From Saccostrea cucullata (Eukaryota): DNA of 64,000 bases. The position numbers were made by a program, and so were the translations under genes. Below, in pieces: positions 37,753 through 48,103 of this stretch (its first letter is position 1; each line of letters begins with the position of its first letter). The stretch spans positions 1 to 64,000 of the forward strand of contig NW_026925197.1 in NCBI RefSeq assembly GCF_032062105.1, in the 5' to 3' direction. The notes beneath the pieces were generated by a model. That model did not search any database. It was not told where the DNA came from and saw nothing but the letters and a program-made list of their open reading frames with translations.

Positions 37753-39911
37753 AAAAATCCCTGCCCGCAGCTGAAACAACCAGATTAGATCATTGTGTAA
37801 GTAGTTATAGTAGTGAAAGAAAATTCACAGAAAATGCTTTGTTTGAACTTCCAGTTGATGTGAACAATTTAATAAATGTTCCTGAAAATTTTCAAGGAGG
37901 AAAGATAAGGGAATTTTATGAAAACTGGAAATCTATAACAACTGACAAGTGGATATTAGACACTGTGTTAGGGTATGAAATTGAATTTGATACACTGCCC
38001 CAACAAAATAGACCTAAACCCGAACTAAAATTTAATGACGAAGAAAGTCAACTTGTGAATGAAGAAATTCTGAAATTAGAACAGAAAAATGTCATACAAA
38101 AAGTAGATAGATGTGAGAATGACTTTATTTCTAACATTTTTCTTAGACCAAAAAAGGATGGTTCAAACAGACTCATTTTCAATGTGAAAGAACTAAATGA
38201 AGATGTTCAGTATCACCATTTTAAAATGGACACTTTTAAATCTGCAGTACACATGATGAAGAAAGATTGTTGGTTTGCATCTGTTGATTTAAAAGATGCA
38301 TATTATTCCGTTAATGTAAATAAAAATTTTCGTTAATTCCTACGCTTTGTATGGGAGGGTCAGTGCTATGAATTCACTGCATTGCCCATGGGATTAACAA
38401 GTAGTCCAAGGGTCTTCACCAAGCTTCTGAAACCTGTGTTTTCAGTGTTACACAAACATGGATTTTTAAGTTTGATTTACATAGATGACACTTTTTTGCA
38501 AAGAGAAAGTTTTGAAGAATGTCAAGAAAATGTCCTTAAAACGGTCTCATTATTAGACAATTTGGGGTTTACCATTCACCCGGAGAAGTCAGTATTAATA
38601 CCAAAACAAAGTATATCATTCCTAGGATTTGTGCTGAATTCTCAAAACATGACAATGTCTTTAACACCAGAAAAAGCAAAAGACATTATTCAAGATTGTG
38701 AGAAATTACTTCGTAAGCATGAAATTTCTATCCGCGATTTTTCCAGAGTCATTGGGAAATTTGTGGCTGCTGAACCAGCAATACCATATGCACCATTGCA
38801 TATAAAAATTCTAGAAATAGAAAAGAACAGACGTCTTCAAGAAAATAAGGGAAATTTTGATGGGAAATTCATCTTATCAAATTGTGCTAAAAAAGAACTT
38901 ACCTGGTGGATTGATAATGCAGAAAAGTGTAAGAGTTATCAGCCATTGTCCACTCCCCAAATTATTATTCAAACAGACAGTTCCAAACTAGGTTGGGGTG
39001 GTTTGGTTCCCAATACAAATAAGAAAACAGGAGGACATTGGTCTTATATTGAGCAAAGATCACACATTAATGTGTTAGAACTAAAAGCAGCTTTTCTAAC
39101 CTTACAATCATTTTTTAGTGCATGTACTGATAAACACATTGCTATTCAAATGGATAGTATGGTAGCAGTATCATACATTAATAAAATGGGGGGAAGAAAA
39201 GAAGAACTGAACAATTTGTGTAAAGATATGTGGGAGTGGTGCATTTCTAAAAACATTTGGATAAGTGCTTCACATGTACCTGGTGTGCAAAATGTCCAAG
39301 CCGATAAACTCTCACGAAAACTCAATGATGATTTGGAATGGATGCTCAATAAAGATATATTTCTTGTCATTAAGCAGAAGTACTCTTTAGGGAGAGCAAT
39401 AGACCTGTTTGCTTCAAGAATAAACAAACAATTACCAAAATATGTTTCATATTTACCTGATCCAATGGCAATAGCTGTTGATGCTTTTTCCATTTCTTGG
39501 AGTGATCATTTGATGTATTTGTTTCCTCCTTTCAGTATTCTACAACAAGTACTACAGAAGATAGAGATGGATCTAGCAGAAGTAGTGTTGATAGCACCCC
39601 TGTTTTCAAATCAGTGCTGGTTCCCGAAGTTACTGAAACTGGTGGCAGGTCAGTGTTACATCATTCCAAAGAAGACGGATACATTAATTATGCCGACAGA
39701 TGTTGCGCGTCTCCATCCTCTGAGCAAGATGAGGCTGGGGTGTTTCCGATTATCAGGAAACTCCTCCAGGACAAAAACTTATCAACAGAAGTTATTGACA
39801 CTATTACCTCGTCCTGGCGAAAATCAACAAGAATTCAATATTGGACGTATCTCAAGCAATGGTTGTTATTTTGTGAACGAATCCAAACTGATCCATTTAC
39901 ACCCTCTATAA
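37704..39911 (+). pseudogene. DIRS RT - RNase H - adenine methyltransferase-like ORF with a premature TAA at 38334-38336
   Basis: DLKDAYY, LPMGL..SPRVFTK, YIDD, TDSS..GWG, HINVLEL, AD.LSR, IDLFAS, VDAF..SW, YLFPPF. Confidence 0.9.
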
Positions 39912-40720
39912 ATGTGGTGTTGGAATTTTTACAATCACTAGCAAATAGGAACTTAGGTTACAGTGCTATTAATACAGCTAAATCAGCTTTGTCAAGTTTT
40001 TTGTCTTTAGGTGATGTTAATCTTGGTTCTAATCCATTAGTTCAAAGATTTATGAGAGGAACTTTTGTCAAAAAACCAGTATTTCATAAAAATATACATA
40101 TTTGGGATGTAAATATTGTTTTTCAATATCTGAGAAAGATGGAACCTTTGGAATGTCTTTCCCTTAAAGAATTAACCTTAAAATGTGTGATGTTATTGTC
40201 TTTGTTGACAGGTCAGAGAGGACAAACTCTTCATTTGCTAATGGTAGATGATATATTGTTTGAAAGCAATGTTGTAAAAATTTGTTACAACAGTTTGTTA
40301 AAGACTACTAGACCTTCTTTTCATTTAAATGATGTAGTTATTGAACCTTTTTTAGAAGACAAAACATTATGTTTAGTTAGAATTCTTCAAACTTATATAT
40401 TGAGAACTCAAACCATCAGAGAAGACAACAAACTTTTTGTAAGAACTATGAAACCACACAAGGGTGTAACAAGAGACACAATAAGTAATTGGATCAAATG
40501 TGTTATGATCGCAGCTGAAATAAATACAAAAGTTTTTAAACCACATTCTACCCGAGCAGCAGCGACAAGTGCCGCACAAAAATGTGGAGTGCCTATAACA
40601 GACATTTTGAGAAATGCAGGGTGGACAAATGCACAGACTTTTCAAAAATTTTACAAAAGAAACATTGTTGCCAAAGAGCAGAAGAGTTTTTCGCCAAGTA
40701 TGTTATCAAATGTCAAGTAA
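39614..40720 (+). CDS. DIRS tyrosine recombinase
   Basis: LTGQRGQTL, HSTRAAATS, AGW, TFQKFY catalytic motifs; overlaps the MT region as in DIRS1. Confidence 0.92.
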   Translation: MLVPEVTETGGRSVLHHSKEDGYINYADRCCASPSSEQDEAGVFPIIRKLLQDKNLSTEVIDTITSSWRKSTRIQYWTYLKQWLLFCERIQTDPFTPSINVVLEFLQSLANRNLGYSAINTAKSALSSFLSLGDVNLGSNPLVQRFMRGTFVKKPVFHKNIHIWDVNIVFQYLRKMEPLECLSLKELTLKCVMLLSLLTGQRGQTLHLLMVDDILFESNVVKICYNSLLKTTRPSFHLNDVVIEPFLEDKTLCLVRILQTYILRTQTIREDNKLFVRTMKPHKGVTRDTISNWIKCVMIAAEINTKVFKPHSTRAAATSAAQKCGVPITDILRNAGWTNAQTFQKFYKRNIVAKEQKSFSPSMLSNVK

Positions 40721-40856
40721 TGTGCATTATCTTGACTGTTTGTATATATGTTGTTTCAACAATTGCAATTTTATTAAATGGACTGATTTTCTTTTATGGA
40801 ATGGTTTTTCTTTTTAATTATCCAAAAATTTCTTAAATATGAACACATTCTCTAAA

Positions 40857-40977
40857 ATCTCATGGTATTCCTCAGCATTGCTGATTTGGTAGAATTGAAA
40901 AATTAAACGAATATTACTTGTAAGATGAAGTTTGATTATAATTCTACCAAATCAACTTAATGCTGAGGAATAACATG
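40857..40977 (+). repeat. DIRS internal complementary region (ICR)
   Basis: Complement of the element 5' start fused via AAT (40893-40895) to the complement of the 3' end. Confidence 0.93.
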
Positions 40978-41039
40978 CCCGTCCCTCCCTCCCAGGGGAG
41001 TATGTATGGGCATGTATTCATATTTAATTTGCTTTAAAA

Positions 41040-41154
41040 ACTGAATCACGTGATGGCTACGTCACATCTCATGTTATTCCTCAGCATTAAGTTGATTTGG
41101 TAGAATTATAATCAAACTTCATCTTACAAGTAATATTCGTTTAATTTTTCAATT
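41040..41154 (+). repeat. DIRS right ITR plus 3' extension
   Basis: Inverse of the left ITR to 41106; extension is complementary to the ICR. Confidence 0.92.
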
Positions 41155-41777
41155 ATCACAGACTCCACACAAAAACAACAGTGAATTTAACGTTTCCTAA
41201 TTAATTATTTATTTCTTAAGTTTGGCATTTTAATGGCCACGGCTGGTTCAAATCAATTTATGAAAAATACACGTGTACAATGGGTGCCGACCCAATTGGT
41301 TTTTGGCACACCTCCAATAAAAGCAAGCAAACAAACAATCAATCAATGAATCAACAATCAATCAATCAATATTAACTGTACACATGTCAAAGTTTTACAG
41401 GATAAGACTGACGTTTAGCTTCAAAGTTCCTGCAGTTGCGTCAGCCTTATGCATCAATCAATATGCATCAATCAGTGTTCAATACGATCAATTAATGTTC
41501 AAGTCAATCAATGAATGTTCAATTCGATCAATAATATTCAATTAGATCAATCAATGTTCAAACAATATTCAACAAATCAATATTCAGTTCATTCAGATCA
41601 ATGTATTGTATGCTCATGTTAAGCCAATCAATAATCAAATAAATCAATCAATGTTCAATGTAAATTATATACAAGTTCCTTGTATTCCATTCCAGAATTA
41701 TCCACGCAATCATGTTCGAGTTGCGCCCTGTTAACAGCGGCGCAAGTCAAGATGATATGTGTTAAGCTAAATTCGCC
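41152..41777 (-). repeat. Ngaro internal direct repeat B1
   Basis: Direct copy of 34881-35505. Confidence 0.9.
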
Positions 41778-41876
41778 AAACGTGCATAGGTACTCATTAA
41801 CTATTCACGCCGCCACCAATGTGGGGGTAGCTTAACACCCTACTCAAATATCCAGCCGTGACCACACCGATACATA

Positions 41877-42463
41877 TCATAAGGAATACACGTTATTTTG
41901 GGAGTTTATAATAGTTGAGAGTCCACTTTTAAAATTTTCAAGGAACAGCTTATTACCAGGCGTAGAGAGGTGTACCCCGTCGGGGCGGTAATTGTCGGGA
42001 CTATGATGGATATTTGACTGCTTAATGTACCCTCCATTGTAATGATATAGAATATGTTTTGCAATTGCGCTATTCACTCGCGCCCTACTTTTTTCGATAT
42101 CGGGTCTCCCTTCACGTTTCCAGGCAATCCTTGTTATCATTTGCGACCAAATTATCTTAGTGTGCGGAAATATCATTTGAATTTTTTTCAAATCACGTTT
42201 TATTGCAACTATTAATTCAATGGTCTTCATACGGCCAAGGTCGTTTGCTCCACAATGTAATACCAAGAAATTTGGTGGATCAATGAACGTAAGTAAATGT
42301 TTTAAAAGTTTAAAGACACCATTCCAGCGCATTCCTCGTCGACCTTGCCACAATATTTTATGCCTGTCGAAATTAAGGTCAGATGTGAAACCTAATTCGA
42401 TCGCAGCTAGAAAGGCCCATGAAATTAATGATGACCCGGCGATCCAAATATCTTGATAATTTT
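41877..42463 (-). CDS. SGNH/GDSL hydrolase of the Ngaro element (no own ATG; probably spliced)
   Basis: IWIAGSS (block I), GRRGMRW (II), HCGANDL (III), DGVHL (V); splice acceptor TTTTTTCGTTGCAG ending at 42464. Confidence 0.85.
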
Positions 42464-42502
42464 CTGCAACGAAAAAAGGGATTAGAGTGTCAAGCTGTCA
42501 TT

Positions 42503-43489
42503 CTATTCGACTGCCGGGATCCTAATATATAGGCGATAACAATCTGACTTCCACCTTCCTAACGTTTTAATTGTTTCGTCATCAACGCCCTGAGAATGAA
42601 AGTATGTAGCTGCTCCAATTCTAAAGGAGTGTGATTTATAGTTGCAGCTAGATAAACTGAGACGCGCGAGGCATTTACTTAAGACGGAATTAAATTGATA
42701 TCTAGTTAGCGGTTTACCGCCGAAATGACAAAATAATTGACCAGAGATACTTGGTCTTTGTTGTAAATACTTGCGCATTAGTAATAGCGGACAATAAGGA
42801 CCGCTGATAGCGGGAATAATTAATTGTGTTCCTTTGCCGTACTGGTCAGTCTTTGACCTCCTAAGGTTAACTTCTATGTAGGATGAAGGCTCATTCATAA
42901 CGAGATCGTTATTAAGTAATGCTGCGTTTGAATTTCTCGAGCCTACTGTAAATTCCCCGACTCGAAGAAAGCCAAAAAAGGCCAAGGAAAACGCCGCAGA
43001 AAAGAGACTCGCCTCATAACTCGATGTGCACACAACTGGTAATGTATTAATTAATTTATGGAGGAGCTGAATCGTTATTGATAAACGGGAGTCTTTGGAG
43101 TGTCTCTCTCTCTTCATTCCTTCTACCATTTTCCGAACAATAAAATGTGAAGTATAGTCTGGTAAATCTAAGGTAGAAATCTTAATCTTATGTGATATAG
43201 CTGCTAGATATGTTTTGACAGTGCTCACAGCGTAACCTTTGACGGAAAGGAAAGCAACGAAGTTTGTCAATTCCTCAAGCGATGGAGGCCAAGAGTTACG
43301 GAGATGGAACTCGGACCTGAACTTAGAAAATAAATCGAGGCCGTTGTTGTATGCCGCTTTAGTGTTTTCTGAAGTGGCGATGTCGATTAATCTAACGGTT
43401 TCACTCCTGATATCAGTGAGTGAAATACCAGCGGAATAGGAGTTGACTTTACATCTGCTTTTGGTGCTAGTTCCTGGAATTTGGTCCAC
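42503..43489 (-). CDS. Ngaro tyrosine recombinase
   Basis: AFFGFLRVGEF, SKTDQ, HSFRIGAAT, LGRWKSDCYRLYIR. Confidence 0.95.
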   Translation of the reverse strand: MDQIPGTSTKSRCKVNSYSAGISLTDIRSETVRLIDIATSENTKAAYNNGLDLFSKFRSEFHLRNSWPPSLEELTNFVAFLSVKGYAVSTVKTYLAAISHKIKISTLDLPDYTSHFIVRKMVEGMKRERHSKDSRLSITIQLLHKLINTLPVVCTSSYEASLFSAAFSLAFFGFLRVGEFTVGSRNSNAALLNNDLVMNEPSSYIEVNLRRSKTDQYGKGTQLIIPAISGPYCPLLLMRKYLQQRPSISGQLFCHFGGKPLTRYQFNSVLSKCLARLSLSSCNYKSHSFRIGAATYFHSQGVDDETIKTLGRWKSDCYRLYIRIPAVE

Positions 43490-45882
43490 TGTCGACGAGA
43501 CAAAGCATCAGCAATATTATTACATAAACCAGGGATATGTTCTGCTTTAAATCTAAAATTATATGTCATTGATAGGTATACTAAATAGCGAACAAAGTGC
43601 ATTACTCTTTTAGATTTTGACGTCTGTTTGTTCAAGATGTATACAAGGGCTGCGTTATCTACTCTTAATATAACATTTTTTGATCTGAAGTATTCTCCCC
43701 ACAATGTCATTGCCAGAACTATTGGAACAAGCTCTAAAAAGGTAACATCTCTCAAAATTTCCGTATCCCCCCATGTTGAGGGCCAAGCGAAATGGGCCCA
43801 TTTACCGTTTAAATATGCCCCGCACCCTAGGTTCTTACCCCCAGCACTGTCTGTGTACAATTGAAGAATATCACTACTTAACCAATCAACATCATTTAAA
43901 TAGCATATGCCATTTAAGTGGTTCAAAAAATTGAGCCACATAAGCAAATCGTCTTTGATGGATTTCGTTATGCGGATAAAATGATGCTGCCTTTGTACGC
44001 CAATCATCGCGTCGTAAAACTGGCGATTAAAGGCGCGGGAAGATCGCACTGCTTTGGTGCAAAAGTTTAATTGGCCAACGAGAGATTGCATCTCCTTCGA
44101 AGTGACTTTAGATTTATTTGCCATTTCTGTCAACGAGATCTTAAGTTTGATTAGTTTTTTGTTGGGAATACGGACTTGCCCGAGACATGTGTCAATTTCC
44201 AAACCCAGGTAAGTTAGTTTTGTGACGGGTCCGACAGTTTTATCGATGGCAAGAGGAATTCCCAGTGCTGTACATAACTCCCCAAATTGCCTCATGAGTC
44301 TTGAGCAATCGTCGGATTTCGCTGAACCAGCAAACAGGAAGTCGTCAAGATAGTGCGTAACATGTGAGCAAGCAGATTGCGACCTGACGGTCCATTCCAA
44401 AAATGACGCGAATTTCTCAAATGTAGCGCATGATATAGAACAGCCGAATGGCAAGCATTTGTCAATGTAGTATTTACCCTCAAATTTGAAGCCAAGTAAA
44501 CAAAAATCATCTGGTTGAATTGGTAAAAGTCTAAATGCACTTTTTATGTCCATTTTGCCCAATAAAGCGCCTTTTCCGAGCTGACTTATCATTTCAATAG
44601 CGCTATCGAATGATGAGTAGTGTACAGATGAAAGTTCTTTATCAATGAAGTCGTTCACGCTATTGTTATGTGGATATGACAGATGAGTAATTAAACGCCA
44701 CCCCCCGCTAGATTTTGGCACGACGCCTATTGGAGACACCCTTAGATTCGAAAGTGGTATATTGTAGAAAGGGCCGGCCATGCGACCCATATCAATTTCA
44801 CTTTGCAGTATATTCTGGATTTCGTTCTGATGCTGGTTTGCCGAAATTAAATTTTTACACTCCAAGTGAGTGCGTTGGCCTATATAGTGAAGGGGAAATC
44901 CATATTTAAACCCATTTAATAACTCATTGCCCACATCATGGTTTGAATATGACTGTATCAATATTGAGAGTTGATTAATATCTACTGGAGAATGACCGAG
45001 GTGCTTTAGCCCCCTGGGGGTAGCGAAATCTATAGTTTGGGGTTTGCCCTGGGCGTGGTTGCTGATTTGGTGATTGAAAACGAAAAGGCTGCTTTTGCAT
45101 GGGGAAGCGAGGGGCTGGGCTACGAGGACAAGTGGACATTGCATTGGGTGGTCAGATGCACACCTGATACAACGGTGTGCGTAAATACAATAGGGTTTAC
45201 TACATGCACCCTTGTAGTTAAAATCAAAGCACATGCCTTTTGACGGTTCAACTGTTTTTTGGGGAATGGTAACCGGAGAAGTTACGTATAACATCCAAAG
45301 TTCATTGTCGATTTGCCCCCATTCCATAGAACTATTTCTTGCCTTCTTAAGCCTAAATTGCTCGTCATACAATTTCCAGCCGGTGGGAGATCTATAGGAA
45401 CCCAGTCTAATCGTGTGCATATATTTAAGTAAGCCCAGTGATTGATCGGGGTGAGCTTCGACGTAAACGCTAGTAAATACAAGGAATGCGTCTGTCCATT
45501 TCCCGATATCGGTGATTTGTCTACTTTTCCCTTTTTGCAAAACCAGTTCCCCATCTACTAGGTTTATTTTATTTTTCTTGTCCCTTTCTTCCGTCGTTTC
45601 CAACAGGACGCCCAGATCTAAATACTCCCCATTTTGTATTTTTTCGCGTGTTTTTGAAGAGATCGTGCAACCCAATGCATCAGTTATACTAACAATAAGC
45701 GTAGGTAAGTAGTCAGACTTACCTATTGAGCTAACAGGCTCGTTAATGCCCTCTTCCGTGCTATGGATAGTACTATTGTCATTTTCCCCCTCTTTTTGGT
45801 GCGATTTGGTTGCAGCTTTTTCTTTTCTGGTGGACTTTTTTGCAGGAGTAACCACAGTTGCGGATGACTTGCGCTAAGGCAT
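43387..45882 (-). pseudogene. Ngaro gag + RT-RNase H, fused in this copy by a 5-nt duplication; nonsense codon at codon 3
   Basis: ATG CCT TAG CGC AAG at 45882; YDEQFR gag motif, zinc finger CFDFN..C..C..H.C..C...H; DIKSAFR, LPFG, YLDDF, TDS, LEL, ADALSR. Confidence 0.9.
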
Positions 45883-47267
45883 CTCTCTAAAGAAAGTATT
45901 ATTGATAAATTGTGAATTTGATATTAAATTCGGTTCGCAAGTATCGAAAATCATCCCGAGAATGCCGCCTCCGGTTGGAAGCGGCGAATTCCAAGTTTTC
46001 GTAATGGCACCGGTTCTTACGTTTTCCTGGCATGTAAAATATCCAAATCGTAAAATAGCCTGGAAAACGTCAGATATTTCGGCTACAATCTTCCAGATGC
46101 ATTAACTGTCAGTCCTTAGTACTTTTACTTTTAACACACATTCGATATTGTTATCTAGATGGAAGGGGGTTTTGATGTGTTGCGGTATGAATTGAAATAT
46201 ATGCTTTATTTGCTAGTTCTATAGGAATATACATGTTTGACAGATTGAACTATTGCAGATTGTCACGGTAGCCAAACAATGTAAAAGTCATTGTATCATG
46301 GCTGCGGTGTTTTTCCTTTGAAGTTAAGTGTACAATAACTGGAGATACACCGATGGGCATATCCAGAAAAAAAACTGTGCCGTGTATATGGGCGGAGCCA
46401 GCAAAAACTGTGCCGTGTAAATAAATTATTGAACACCAAGGCGATTTCATCATTTTGAATTACGTGTATATTGAAACTAAATTACAGAATGAATGTGCTT
46501 TGTAATATACAAATGCAAAAATTCTGCAAGCGAAATAAAAGTCTTTCACATAAATTACAGTACGTATATATCCCAAACTACGAAATGATTTTACGGAGCT
46601 CTTCAAATATTCAATCCACAGCAACGCGAAATCAAATTCTTGACATGAATTCCACACAGAAATATATTAAAATATCCCACCTATTGTTATATAGGCTTAA
46701 GCTGTACTGCATCCACAGATGAAGAGTAATTGACTCTGACACAGCGTTTTCGTGAATATGACAGCTCTAGAATATGTCAACGGGTATCCTTTTTCTTTAT
46801 TTTCGAATAACACTTGAATTTATCTTCTTCAACTTCGATTTTTTTCTTTTTTGATATCCAAAGGTTTTCTTGAGAATTCCATTAACAATCCAGGGGCGAA
46901 TCCAGCAATTTTTGAAAGGGGGGAGGCTCCAGGTCGGTGGCCCCAGCACTCATGCACAGAATCACACCGGCCACTTTAAGTCCGTAGCTACATTTTAAAA
47001 AAAGGGGGGGCCTCGAAAAAAAAGTTGACAAGGAAAAAACCCTTTGCAACACACTCTAAAATCCAGGGGGGGGGGGGATGTGCTGGGATGCTGCAATCCG
47101 ACGTCCTTTCTCATGAACACACGCACATAAAATGTTTATTAAAAATACTGACAGAAAGGAGAGATTATCCATGCGGTCACCTGACAAAAACTACATTTTC
47201 TATTGGTGTAATTTAAAATCATGCTGAAAATCTGTGACATGACGTTTGATTAGCCATGATACAAGAA

Positions 47268-47382
47268 AGTTATTGAATATTTATTATGGTGTATCCTGAT
47301 TTATTTGGACGAAGGGCTTCGCACTCGTCACCGCCCTTCGTCCAAATTACTCAGGATACACCATAATAAATATACAATAACT
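47268..47382. repeat. Palindromic hairpin element (~50-bp arms)
   Basis: AGTTATTG...GGACGAAGGGC / GCCCTTCGTCC...CAATAACT. Confidence 0.85.
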
Positions 47383-47526
47383 ATTACTTTAAAAAAAGAA
47401 AAGTGTTTCTTTCAATTGTAATGAAACTACATTGTATATTTCACTTCCTGATATGTTTTTATACTATTCACCTCTACAATGTGATCGGAACTTTTTATTT
47501 TTCGGTGGTTTGCAAATTATAAATAT

Positions 47527-47695
47527 ATATTATTATAACTGTAACTTGATCCGAAGGGTCATATCACGTCAAGTTGACAGGCGCAGATCATCAGATCTAA
47601 CGATACGCGAAGCGTCGAGTTTGATCTGATGATCCGCGCCTGTCAACGAGACGTGATACGGCTCTTCGGCTCAAGTTACTGTTATAATGATGATT
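47527..47695. repeat. Palindromic hairpin element (~80-bp arms)
   Basis: TTATAACTGTAACTTGA...CAGATC / GATCTG...TCAAGTTACTGTTATAA with central CGCGAAGCG. Confidence 0.8.
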
Positions 47696-48103
47696 ATTAT
47701 ATACCCCCTTATAACTGGCTAAATATATTAAAAGAAACCTTTAGAGATCAATTTATAACATTATTCCACTAAACAAAGCATAATAACAAGGGACTTTTTA
47801 ACGCGCAAGAAAAATAACGTCATATTTCTGCGTACTACGTCATCAGTTTCAGAGAGTGGTGATATGGATTCAGAAAACCACAGTGTGGTGATCCGGAAAG
47901 TCGGATCACGACGTCACGTGATTGCGTTAAATCTACAGTAAAATTGAGTGATACGCATCAGGTATATAATAAAACCCGAGATCAAAGTAGCTTTGGCAGT
48001 AGCTCTTGCCACCCCTACTAATGTGTTCGGAACCTTTTATTTTTCGGTGTTCTGCAAATTATAAAGCCCGATGAGTTCTGAGTAGCTCTGGCAGTGGCTC
48101 TGG

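Larger units (their letters stand above)
36025..41154 (+). mobile_element. Structurally complete DIRS1-type retrotransposon
   Basis: Left ITR 36025-36089, right ITR 41040-41106 plus 3' extension to 41154, ICR 40857-40977, ATT at both termini, gag / RT-RH-MT / YR ORFs. Confidence 0.95.
34881..46110 (-). mobile_element. Ngaro-type tyrosine-recombinase retrotransposon (gag, RT-RH, YR, SGNH hydrolase; B1-A2-B2 split repeats); 5' A1 repeat not found; hosts a DIRS insertion
   Basis: ORF set at 41877-45882 followed by ~625-bp direct repeats at 41152-41777 and 34881-35505. The 5' boundary is approximate. Confidence 0.85.

Noticed and set aside
39340-39640. Methyltransferase motifs plus tyrosine recombinase as prophage or bacterial contamination
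   Set aside because: These are the standard DIRS1 MT and YR domains, fused to or overlapping RT-RH.
34881-41777. 625-bp direct repeats read as LTRs or a giant TSD of the DIRS
   Set aside because: The DIRS has its own ITR/ICR ends, and 520 bp separate the left repeat from it. The layout fits Ngaro split repeats.
34876-46122. AGTAC at 34876-34880 and 46118-46122 as a Ngaro TSD
   Set aside because: YR elements do not make TSDs, and a 5-mer match is expected by chance.
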